Shown one piece after another: positions 1-11,700 of a stretch of 64,000 bases of DNA. Position 1 is the stretch's first letter. The number at the start of each line of letters is the position of its first letter. The stretch comes from Octopus sinensis. Taxonomy: Eukaryota. The notes below the pieces were generated by a model, which saw only the letters and a list, made by a program, of their open reading frames with translations, did no database searches and was not told the origin of the DNA. Location of the stretch: positions 6,572,001-6,636,000 of the forward strand of contig NC_043025.1 in assembly GCF_006345805.1 (NCBI RefSeq), given 5' to 3'. The position numbers and the translations under genes were made by a program.

Positions 1-224
1 AATTGTCAAGTGATAGTGTAGAAGACAAACACAGAGACAAAGATACGCAAACACACTCATACACACACATATGGGCTTCTTTTAGTTTCCATTTATCAAA
101 TCCAATCACAAGCTTTTGTTGGCCCAAGGCTATAGTAAAACACAATTGCCCAAGGTACAGCACTTGACTGGCCCTCGTGCTGGTGGCATGTAAAAGCACC
201 CACTACACTTAAAGGAAGGAAAAA

Positions 225-981
225 TCAATAAATATTTGCCATTACATTTTTAATCAACCGAATATGAACCATTTTGTTGCACAATGCGTCTCCATCTTTC
301 CTTTAACTTGAAAAATACCCTCTTCCCAGAACGGAGGGGGTTTCATGGCAAAGAATTCATCAAGGTATCTCTTTATGTCATCCAAGGAATTGAAATTTTT
401 ACCATTAAGACTATTCTGCAGAGACCTGAATAAGTGGAAATCCGAAGGAGCAATATCTGGTGAATATGGAGGGTGGGGTAACACATCCCAGCCGAACTGC
501 AGCAATTTTTGTCTGGTTCCCAAAGCATCAAGTACCGAAAAGGAACTTTCTTATCTTCCATTTAAAAGGGTTACAGAATTAACACAGGTTATAGGAACAT
601 AAACCTTCTTCCATGAAAATATAGCTTAAACTGTGCTCTAAATGGAGGTGTAGTAAAATCCTATTTTATGGACTCAAACATGTAAAATAAGTCGAGAGGT
701 AAGCTACAATAAATCGGCACAAACTTTCCGGACATCCCAGCCGAGCAGCAGCAATTTTTGTCTGGTTCCCAAAGCGAAAATGAACTTTCTTATCTTCCAT
801 TTTAAAGGGTTACAGAATTAACACAGGTTATAGGAACATAAACCTTCTTCCACGAAAAGATAGCTTAAACTGTGCTCTAAATGGAGGTGTAGTAAAATCC
901 TATTTTATGGACTCAAACATGTAAAATAAGTCGAAAGGTAAACTACGATAAATCGGCACGATCTTTCCGGACAACCCAATA
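225..981 (-). mobile_element. Internally deleted mariner (DD34D-type) element with duplicated 5' end
   Basis: Minus-strand ORF 254-523 has the mariner C-terminal motifs QKLLQFGWDVLPHPPYSPDIAPSDFHLFRSLQNSL. The start MEDKKVP/HFR is fused directly to this C-terminal part. A TIR-like end CTTTCCGGACAACCCAATA at ~963-981 is followed by TA. Segment ~483-731 is repeated at ~732-975. Confidence 0.85.
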
Positions 982-1224
982 TAACAGGCAAACGAACAAG
1001 AAGATTATTACGTAAATACAAAAAAACATTCATAAATGTATATACGTCTATATATATTATATATATATATATATATATAGCAATAAGAAAATGGAGGGGA
1101 TCAATAGGTGGTTTATCAACTTTTAGTCATTATATTATGTTAACTTATTTATTTTCTAAACTGATAATTACAATAATATACATACATATAACATAGGCTT
1201 TACATATAAAATATAAAATATAGT

Positions 1225-1651
1225 AGGAGTGGCTGTGTGGTAAGTAGCTTGCTTACCAACCACATGGTTCCGGGTTCAGTCCCACTGCGTGACCAACCTT
1301 GGGCAAGTGTCTTCTACTATAGCCTCGGGCCGACCAAAGCCTTGTGAGTGGATTTGGTAGACGGAAACTGAAAGGGCCCGTCGTATATATATATATATAT
1401 ATAATATATATATATATTATATATATATATATATATATAAATGTGTGCGTGTATGTTTGTGTGTCTGTGTTTGTCCCCCTACATTGCTTGACAACTGATG
1501 CTGGTGTGGTTTATGTCCCTGTTTACCTTAGCGGTTCGGCAAAAGAGACCGATAGAAAAAGTACTGGGCTTACAAGAATAGTCCCGGTCGAGTTGCTCGA
1601 CTAAAGGCAGTGCTCCAGCATGGCCGCAGTCAATAACTGAAACAGTGAAAA
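1225..1651 (+). mobile_element. SINE family A (tRNA-like head, internal (TA)n, LINE-like 3' tail)
   Basis: Head GGAGTGGCTGTGTGGTAAG (A-box-like) and GGGTTCAGTCCC (B-box-like); tail CCAGCATGGCCGCAGTCAA..ACTGAAAC. About 10 near-complete copies are in the window. Confidence 0.85.
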
Positions 1652-1653
1652 AT

Positions 1654-1690
<37 letters not shown>

Positions 1691-1938
1691 AGGATACCAA
1701 TTAATTATTATAAGATAACAAACATGAATATAAACTGAGAAAAAACTTACAGCTGTTTCGGCCAAGAGGTAAAAATACCTCATTCTATCTTTATTACTCA
1801 AAGTGGAGTGAAGTAATGGTTAGATGAAAATGAGTATTGGGTGTATCTCTAGGCTTCGTCAGAGATTATAAGTACATAATGTTAATTTATAAATAAATGT
1901 AAATATAAAATAAATAAAATACACACACATTGCATACT

Positions 1939-1970
<32 letters not shown>

Positions 1971-1980
1971 AATACCTATA

Positions 1981-2404
1981 TACTCTTTACTCTTTTACTT
2001 GTTTCAGTCATTTGACTGCGGCCATGCTAGAGCACTGCCTTTAATCGAGCAAATCGACCCCGGAACTTATTCTATTGTAAGCCCAGTACTTATTCAATCG
2101 GTCTCTTTTGCCGAACCGCTAAGTAACGGGGACATAAACACACCAGCATCGGTTGTCAAGCAATGCTAGGGGGACAAACACAGACACACAAACATACACG
2201 CACACACACACATATATATAATATATATATATACATATATACGACGGGCTTCTTTCTGTTTCCGCCTACCAAATCCACTCACAAGGCATTGGTCGGCCCG
2301 GGGCTATAGCAGAAGACACTTGCCCAAGGTGCCACGCAGTGGGACTGAACCCAGAACCATGTGGTTGGTTAGCAAGCTACTTACCACACAGCCACTTCTG
2401 CGCC
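1981..2404 (-). mobile_element. SINE family A copy
   Basis: Full reverse-complement match to family A head, body and (AAAAGAGT) tail. Confidence 0.85.
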
Positions 2405-2729
2405 TTATATATATACTGAAATATACATAACTATTTGCATTTATAAGCATATATATATATATATATATATGATTTTGATTTTGATTTTTCCAGTTTCAGC
2501 TCATGAGCTGTGGCCATGCTGGGGCACCGCCATTAAAAATTAATTAAATAGTTTGTACGTCAAAGTCGACCTAGGTGAAATTTGAACTCAAAACGTAAAG
2601 ACAGGCATAATACCATTAAGAATTTTGCTCGGCGTGCTAACGCTTCCGCCAACTTATATATTATATATATATATATCATATACATATATATATATACATA
2701 TACATATATATATATACATATACATATAT

Positions 2730-2829
2730 NNNNNNNNNNNNNNNNNNNNNNNNNNNNNNNNNNNNNNNNNNNNNNNNNNNNNNNNNNNNNNNNNNNNNNN
2801 NNNNNNNNNNNNNNNNNNNNNNNNNNNNN
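2730..2829. other. Assembly gap (100 N)
   Basis: Run of exactly 100 N. Confidence 1.
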
Positions 2830-3443
2830 ATTGTTGCCAGAGCAGCCAACTGGCTTTCCATACCCGTGGCACATAAAAGGTCACCATTCGAGCGTGATCG
2901 TTACCAACGTCGCTTCACTGGCACCTGTGCCGGTGGCACGTTGTAAAAAGATTCGAGCGAGGTCATTGCCAGTACCGCCTGAGTGGCCCCCGTGCAGGTG
3001 GCACGTAAAAAGCAGCACCACTCCGCTCTCAGAAGTGTTGGCGTTAGAAGGGCATCCAGCTGTAGAAACTCTGCCAGATCAAGATTGGAGCCTGGTGCAG
3101 CCATCTGGCTCGCCAGCCCTCAGTCAAAATCGTCCAGTACCGCCTGACTGGCCCCCATGCCGGTGGCACGTAAAAGCACCCACTACGCTCTCAGAGTGGT
3201 TGGCGTTAGGAAGGGCATCCAGTTGTAGAAACTCTGCCAGATCATACTGGAGCTTGGTGCAGCCATCTGGTTTGCCAGACATCAGTCAAACCGGAGTGGT
3301 TGGCGTTAGGAAGGGCATCCAGCTGTAGAAACTCTGCCAGATCAGGACTGGAGCTTGGTGCAGCCATCTGGTTTGCCAGACATCAGTCAAACCGTCCAAC
3401 CCATGCTAGCATGGAAAGCGGACGTTGAATGATGATGATGATT
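2830..3443 (+). mobile_element. Retroelement family B (modular GTGGCACGTAAAAAGCAC repeats, RTE-like tail ending (GAT)n)
   Basis: Repeated modules GCCAGTACCGCCTGACTGGC..GTGCCGGTGGCACGTAAAAGCAC; thrice-repeated GGCGTTAGGAAGGGCATCCAGCTGTAGAAAC block; tail CCCATGCTAGCATGGAAAGCGGACGTTGAATGATGATGAT. The same tail is at 18340-18390. Confidence 0.75.
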
Positions 3444-3589
3444 GTTGCTTTTATGCAAAACTACCGTCTACATTTCTGTATAAACTGTCAGCTAAATCAA
3501 TGCTAAATATTTGCTAAAAAGGCATGACTGTGTGGTAATGACTGTTTACTTACCAACCCCATGGTTCCAGGTTCAGTCCCACTGCATGA

Positions 3590-3905
3590 ACTGGCACTCT
3601 TTTAATTATGACAAGAGTTCCTGTTAATCCAATCAACCAAACAGCCTGTTCATGAGATTAACATGCATGTGGCTGAGTACTCCACAGACATGCATACTCT
3701 TAACTTAGTTCTCAGGGAGATTCAGCGTGACACAGGGTATGACAAGGCTGGCCCCTTTGAAATACTGGTACAATTCATTTTTGCCAGCTGAGTGGATTGG
3801 AGAAACGTGAGTTAAAGTGTCTTGCTCAAGGACACAATACGATGCTAGGAATTGAACTCATAACCTTACAACTGTGAGCTGAATACCTTAACCACTAAGC
3901 CATGT
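3590..3905 (-). mobile_element. Diverged SINE (tRNA-like head, GAGCAAGACACTT core, family C tail)
   Basis: Reverse complement shares its tail with 34690-34838 and its core with 54420-54470. Confidence 0.65.
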
Positions 3906-4210
3906 GTCTTCTACTATAACCCTGGGCTGACCAATGCTTTGTGAGTGGACTCATTTGATGAAAACTGAAAAAAAGCCCATCGAGTGTGTGCGTGAGTGCA
4001 TCTTTGTATTTCTCCCCATCATTGCTTGACAACTGTTGTTGGTTTGTTTACGTCCCTGTAACTTTAGAGATCTTGGAAAAGGGACTGGTAGGATAAGAAC
4101 CAGGCTTTAGAAAATAACGACTGGGGTTGATTTGCTCTAGCAAAACCCTTCAAGGTGATGCTGCAGCATGGCCACAGTCCAATGGCTGATACAAGTAAAT
4201 GATAAAAGAC
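3900..4210 (+). mobile_element. Diverged 5'-truncated SINE family A copy
   Basis: GTGTCTTCTACTATAACCCTGGGC... through tail CAGCATGGCCACAGTCCAATGGCTGATAC. Confidence 0.65.
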
Positions 4211-4619
4211 GAGAATGTGTTCAGATCTGTTCCAATTTGCAAAGCCAACGGGTCGAGTAGGTTGGAGGAGAATGATTGTTGGCGAGAGGTTATGTTTGTA
4301 AAGATTTAGTGGGATGGTCATGGGAATGTGGAAGCAGCTCTGACAAAAGAAACTATAAAGAAAGAATTTATATATAAAACACTTGTGAAGAGAGCAATAA
4401 AAATACATGAGTGAGTCATAAGATATGAGTTCTATACAATTGGTCAGTGAACAGGTAATAAAGAACAAGTTGCGCAGGTGAAAATGAATAAATAACTAGA
4501 CACTACCTGACAGTTTCAAGTCACTAATAAATCCATCAAGTAATTAACCTCAGGAGATGTATTTAGCATAATTAAAATGTTGAGTAGGAATGACGTAATG
4601 ATTGACTAGGTTCATCATC

Positions 4620-4960
4620 ATCATCATCATTATCGTCGTCGTCATCATCGTCATCATTTAATGTCCATGTACCATGCTGGCATCAGTTGGACAGCTTGAC
4701 AGGAAGTGGCAAGATCAGGGGTTGCACCAGGTGCCATTGTCTGTTTTGGTTTGATTTCTGTGGCTGGCTGCCCTTCCCAACGCCAACCAATTTACAAATG
4801 GCCTGGGTACTTTTTGCATGGCACCATCACCACTGCTTTTTACGGGGCACCATCATCAGTGCTTTTTATGTGACACCATCTCTAATGCTTTTTACATGGC
4901 ACCAGCTGCAACACCAGTACTTTTACAATGTCAATTCTGTTGTGGCGGGCAGGTTTTCTT
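4620..4960 (-). mobile_element. Diverged family B copy
   Basis: (CAT)n tail followed by degenerate reverse-complement family B modules (GCCCTTCCCAACGCCAACC, GCTTTTTATGTGACACC). Confidence 0.55.
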
Positions 4961-5334
4961 GAGTTAAGCAACGCACCACATATATCGGTCCTCTCTCATC
5001 CCTCTCATATGGTTCAGAGTTTTGAGTTCGGCCTTCAATACTCCGTTCCATGGCCTCCAACTTCCCTCCACTTCATTGTATGGGCTCATTCAATATAGAA
5101 CAAAATGCAGATGGAATATGCATATCGCAACCACTTTTCCATGTCTTGCATGGGTGAGACATGGAAATTGTTGAGGCAGATTTTCTACAGCCAGATGCCC
5201 TTCCTGTCAGCAAACCTCATCTGTTAAGCAAAGTAACATTTCCCCAGGGCCAGACATGTTTTTCATGGAAGACTGGAAATGAACCACACCACTTGGATGT
5301 TGGTGATGCTTGTTTACAACCATAACATTGATGT

Positions 5335-5550
5335 CTAAGGCAAGGCTGTACACACACATATACATGCATACATACATTATGTATACAATGGACTTCTTTC
5401 AGTTTACATTTACCAAATCCACTCACAAGGCTTTGGTCAGCCCTGAGTTATAGCAGAAGACACTTGCCCAAGGTGCCATGCAGTGGGACTGAACCCAGAA
5501 CCATGTGACTGGGAAGCAAGCTTCTTACTCCACAGCTACACCTGCATCTA
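5335..5550 (-). mobile_element. SINE family A 5' half
   Basis: Reverse complement of family A head and body (CCAAATCCACTCACAAGGC..GACACTTGCCCAAGGTGCCA..GGGACTGAACCC). Confidence 0.7.
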
Positions 5551-5714
5551 TTGTGTTCACTTTAGTTTTTTTTTATTTAGGGCCACTGGACTGACTCCTG
5601 TGCAGGTGGCAAGTGAAGAAACACCATTTCGACCCTGTGCTTGAGGAGATCCATTGAGTCAAGTACACCAACATAAAAAATCAATGGAAACTGCAGCTGT
5701 GATCCCTGTGCCGG

Positions 5715-8700
5715 TGGCACGTAAAAAGCACCATCCGAACATGGCCGATGCCAGCACTGCCTAGACTGGCTTCTGTGGCAGTGGCACATAAAAAGCACCA
5801 TCCAAACGTGGCCGATGCCAGCACTGCCTAGACTGGCTTCCGTGGCAGTGGCACATAAAAAGCACCATCCAAACGTGGCCGATGCCAGCACTGCCTAGAC
5901 TGGCTTCCGTGGCAGTGGCACATAAAAAGCACCATCCAAACGTGGCCGATGCCAGCACTGCCTAGACTGGCTTCTGTGGCAGTGGCACATAAAAAGCACC
6001 ATCCAAACGTGGCCGATGCCAGCACTGCCTAGACTGGCTTCTGGGCAGTGGCACATAAAAAAGCACCATCCGAACGTGGCCGATGCCAGCACTGCCTAGA
6101 CTGGCTTCTTGTGGCAGTGGCACCTAAAAGCACCATCCAAACGTGGCCGATGCCAGCACTGCCTAGACTGGCTTCTGTGGCAGTGGCACATAAAAAGCAC
6201 CATCCAAACGTGGCCGATGCCAGCACTGCCTAGACTGGCTTCCGTGGCAGTGGCACATAAAAAGCACCATCCAAACGTGGCCGATGCCAGCACTGCCTAG
6301 ACTGGCTTCTGTGGCAGTGGCACATAAAAAGCACCATCCAAACGTGCCGATGCCAGCACTGCCTAGACTGGCTTCTGTGGCAGTGGCACATAAAAGCACC
6401 ATCCGACGTGGCCGATGCCAGCACTGCCTAGACTGGCTTCCGTGGCAGTGGCACATAAAAGCACCATCCGAACGTGCCGATGCCAGCACTGCCTAGACTG
6501 GCTTCTGTGGAGTGGCACATAAAAAGCACCATCCAAACGTGGCCGATGCCAGCACTGCCTAACTGGCTTCTGTGGCAGTGGCACATAAAAAGCACCATCC
6601 AAACGTGGCCGATGCCAGCACTGCCTAGACTGGCTTCTGTTGCATTGGCACATAAAAAGCACCATCCAAACGTGGCCGATGCCAGCACTGCCTAGACTGG
6701 CTTCTGTGGCAGTGGCACATAAAAAGCACCATCCAAACGTGGCCGATGCCAGCACTGCCTAGACTGGCTTCCGTGGCAGTGGCACATAAAAAGCACCATC
6801 CGAACGTGGCCGATGCCAGCACTGCCTAGACTGGCTTCTGTGGCAGTGGCACATAAAAAGCACCATCCAAACGTGGCCGATGCCAGCACTGCCTAGACTG
6901 GCTTCTGTGGCAGTGGCACATAAAAAGCACCATCCAAACGTGGCCGATGCCAGCACTGCCTAGACTGGCTTCTGTGGCTGTGGCACATAAAAAGCACCAT
7001 CCAAACTTGCCGATGCCAGCACTGCCTAGACTGGCTTCTGTGGCAGTGGCACATAAAAAGCACCATCCAAACGTGGCCGATGCCAGCACTGCCTAGACTG
7101 GCTTCCGTGGCAGTGGCACATAAAAAGCACCATCCGAACGTGGCCGATGCCAGCACTGCCTAGACTGGCTTCTCTGTGCAGTGGCACATAAAAAGCACCA
7201 TCCAACGTGGCCGATGCCAGCACTGCCTAGACTGGCTTCTGTGGCAGTGGCACATAAAAGCACCATCCAAACGTGGCCGATGCCAGCACTGCCTAGACTG
7301 GCTTCTGTGGCAGTGGCACATAAAGCACCATCCAAACTTGGCCGATGCCAGCACTGCCTAGACTGGCTTCCGTGGCAGTGGCACATAAAAAGCACCATCC
7401 AAACGTTGCCGATGCCAGCACTGCCTAGACTGGCTTCTGTGGCAGTGGCACATAAAAAGCACCATCCAAACGTGGCCGATGCCAGCACTGCCTAGACTGG
7501 CTTCCGTGGCAGTGGCACATAAAAAGCACCATCCAAACGTGGCCGATGCCAGCACTGCCTAGACTGGCTTCTGTGGCAGTGGCACATAAAAGCACCATCC
7601 AAACGTGGCCGATGCCAGCACTGCCTAGACTGGCTTCTGTGGCAGTGGCACATAAAAAGCACCATCCAAACGTGGCCGATGCCAGCACTGCCTAGACTGG
7701 CTTCTGTGGCAGTGGCACATAAAAGCACCATCCAAACGTGGCCGATGCCAGCACTGCCTAGACTGGCTTCCGTGGCAGTGGCACATAAAAAGCACCATCC
7801 AAACGTGGCCGATGCCAGCACTGCCTAGACTGGCTTCTGTGGCAGTGGCACATAAAAAACACCATCAAACGTGGCCGATGCCAGCACTGCCTAGACTGGC
7901 TTCTGTGGCAGTGGCACATAAAAAGCACCATCCAAACGTGGCCGATGCCAGCACTGCCTAGACTGGCTTCCCGTGGGCAGTGGCACATAAAAAGCACCAT
8001 CCAAGTGGCCGATGCCAGCACTGCCTAGACTGGCTTCCGTGGCAGTGGCACATAAAAAGCACCATCCAAACGTGGCCGATGCCAGCACTGCCTAGACTGG
8101 CTTCCGTGGCAGTGGCACATAAAAAGCACCATCCAAACGTGGCCGATGCCAGCACTGCCTAGACTGGCTTCTGTGGCAGTGGCACATAAAAAGCACCATC
8201 CAAACGTGGCCGATGCCAGCACTGCCTAGACTGGCTTCCGTGGCAGTGGCACATAAAAAGCACCATCCAAACGTGGCCGATGCCAGCACTGCCTAGACTG
8301 GCTTCCGTGGCAGTGGCACATAAAAAGCACCATCCAAACGTGGCCGATGCCAGCACTGCCTAGACTGGCTTCCGTGGCAGTGGCACATAAAAAGCACCAT
8401 CCAAACGTGGCCGATGCCAGCACTGCCTAGACTGGCTTCTGTGGCAGTGGCACATAAAAAGCACCATCCAAACGTGGCCGATGCCAGCACTGCCTAGACT
8501 GGCTTCCGTGGCAGTGGCACATAAAAAGCACCATCCAAACGTGGCCGATGCCAGCACTGCCTAGACTGGCTTCTGTGGCAGTGGCACATAAAAAGCACCA
8601 TCCAAACGTGGCCGATGCCACACTGCCTAGACTGGCTTCTGTGGCAGTGGCACATAAAAAGCACCATCCAAACGTGGCCGATGCCAGCACTGCCTAGACT

Positions 8701-11700
8701 GGCTTCTGTGGCAGTGGCACATAAAAAGCACCATCCAAACGTGGCCGATGCCAGCACTGCCTAGACTGGCTTCTGTGGCAGTGGCACATAAAAAGCACCA
8801 TCCAACGTGGCCGATGCCAGCACTGCCTAGACTGGCTTCTTCTGTGGCAGTGGCACATAAAAGCACCATCCAACGTGGCCGATGCCAGCACTGCCTAGAC
8901 TGGCTTCTTGGGCAGTGGCACATAAAAAGCACCATCCAAACGTGGCCGAGCCAGCACTGCCTAGACTGGCTTCTGTGGCAGTGGCACATAAAAAGCACCA
9001 TCCAAACGTGGCCGATGCCAGCACTGCCTAACTGGCTTTCTGTGGCAGTGGCACATAAAAAGCACCATCCAACGTGGCCGATGCCAGCACTGCCTAGACT
9101 GGCTTCTTGTGGCAGTGGCACATAAAAAGCACCATCCAAACGTGGCCGATGCCAGCACTGCCTAGACTGGCTTCTGTGGCAGTGGCACATAAAAAGCACC
9201 ATCCAAACGTGCCGATGCCAGCACTGCCTAGACTGGCTTCTGTGGCAGTGGCACATAAAAAGCACCATCCAACGTGGCCGATGCCAGCACTGCCTAGACT
9301 GGCTTCTGTGGCAGTGGCACATAAAAAGCAACCATCCAAACGTGGCCGATGCCAGCACTGCCTAGACTGGCTTCTGTGGCAGTGGCACATAAAAAGCACC
9401 ATCCAAACGTGGCCGATGCCAGCACTGCCTAGACTGGCTTCTGTGGCAGTGGCACATAAAAGCACCATCCAAACGTGGCCGATGCCAGCACTGCCTAGAC
9501 TGGCTTCCGTGGCAGTGGCACATAAAAAGCACCATCCAAACGTGGCCGATGCCAGCACTGCCTAGACTGGCTTCCGTGGCAGTGGCACATAAAAAGCACC
9601 ATCCAAACGTGGCCGATGCCAGCACTGCCTAGACTGGCTTCCGTGGCAGTGGCACATAAAAAGCACCATCCAAACGTGGCCGATGCCAGCACTGCCTAGA
9701 CTGGCTTCCGTGGCAGTGGCACATAAAAAGCACCATCCAAACGTGGCCGATGCCAGCACTGCCTAGACTGGCTTCCGTGGCAGTGGCACATAAAAAGCAC
9801 CATCCAAACGTGGCCGATGCCAGCACTGCCTAGACTGGCTTCCGTGGCAGTGGCACATAAAAAGCACCATCCAAACGTGGCCGATGCCAGCACTGCCTAG
9901 ACTGGCTTCCGTGGCAGTGGCACATAAAAGCACCATCCAAACGTGGCCGATGCCAGCACTGCCTAGACTGGCTTCCGTGGCAGTGGCACATAAAAGCACC
10001 ATCCAAACGTGGCCGATGCCAGCACTGCAGACTGGCTTCCGTGGCAGTGGCACATAAAAAGCACCATCCAAACGTGGCCGATGCCAGCACTGCCTAGACT
10101 GGCTTCTGTGGCAGTGGGCACATAAAAAGCACCATCCAAACGTGGCCGATGCCAGCACTGCCTAGACTGGCTTCCGTGGCAGTGGCACATAAAAAGCACC
10201 ATCCAAACGTGGCCGATGCCAGCACTGCCTAGACTGGCTTCCGTGGCAGTGGCACATAAAAAGCACCATCCAAACGTGGCCGATGCCAGCACTGCCTAGA
10301 CTGGCTTCCGTGGCAGTGGCACATAAAAAGCACCATCCAAACGTGGCCGATGCCAGCACGCCTAGACTGGCTTTGTGGCAGTGGCACATAAAAAGCACCA
10401 TCCAAACGTGGCCGATGCCAGCACTGCCTAGACTGGCTTCTGTGGCAGTGGCACATAAAAAGCACCATCCAAACGTGGCCGATGCCAGCACTGCCTAGAC
10501 TGGCTTCCGTGGCAGTGGCACATAAAAAGCACCATCCAAACGTGGCCGATGCCAGCACTGCCTAGACTGGCTTCCGTGGCAGTGGCACATAAAAGCACCA
10601 TCCAACGTGGCCGATGCCAGCACTGCCTAGACTGGCTTCCGTGGCAGTGGCACATAAAAAGCACCATCCAAACGTGGCCGATGCCAGCACTGCCTAGACT
10701 GGCTTCCGTGGCATGGCACATAAAAAGCACCATCCAAACGTGGCCGATGCCAGCACTGCCTAGACTGGCTTCTGTGGCAGTGGCACATAAAAAGCACATC
10801 CAACGTGGCCGATGCCAGCACTGCCTAGACTGGCTTCCGTGGCAGTGGCACATAAAAAGCACCATCCAAACGTGGCCGATGCCAGCACTGCCTAGACTGG
10901 CTTCCGTGGCAGTGGCACATAAAAAGCACCATCCAAACGTGGCCGATGCCAGCACTGCCTAGACTGGCTTCCGTGGCAGTGGCACATAAAAAGCACCATC
11001 CAAACGTGGCCGATGCCAGCACTGCCTAGACTGGCTCCGTGGCAGTGGCACATAAAAAGCACCATCCAAACGTGGCCGATGCCAGCACTGCCTAGACTGG
11101 CTTCCGTGGCAGTGGCACATAAAAAGCACCATCCAAACGTGGCCGATGCCAGCACTGCCTAGACTGGCTTCTGTGGCAGTGGCACATAAAAAGCACCATC
11201 CAAACGTGGCCGATGCCAGCACTGCCTAGACTGGCTTCTGTGGCAGTGGCACATAAAAAGCACCATCCAAACGTGGCCGATGCCAGCACTGCCTAGACTG
11301 GCTTCCGTGGCAGTGGCACATAAAAAGCACCATCCAAACGTGGCCGATGCCAGCACTGCCTAGACTGGCTTCCGTGGCAGTGGCACATAAAAGCACCATC
11401 CAAACGTGGCCGATGCCAGCACTGCCTAGACTGGCTTCCGTGGCAGTGGCACATAAAAAGCACCATCCAAACGTGGCCGATGCCAGCACTGCCTAGACTG
11501 GCTTTGTGGCAGTGGCACATAAAAAGCACCATCCAAACGTGGCCGATGCCAGCACTGCCTAGACTGGCTTCCGTGGCAGTGGCACATAAAAACCATCCAA
11601 ACGTGGCCGATGCCAGCACTGCCTAGACTGGCTTCCGTGGCAGTGGCACATAAAAAGCACCATCCAAACGTGGCCGATGCCAGCACTGCCTAGACTGGCT

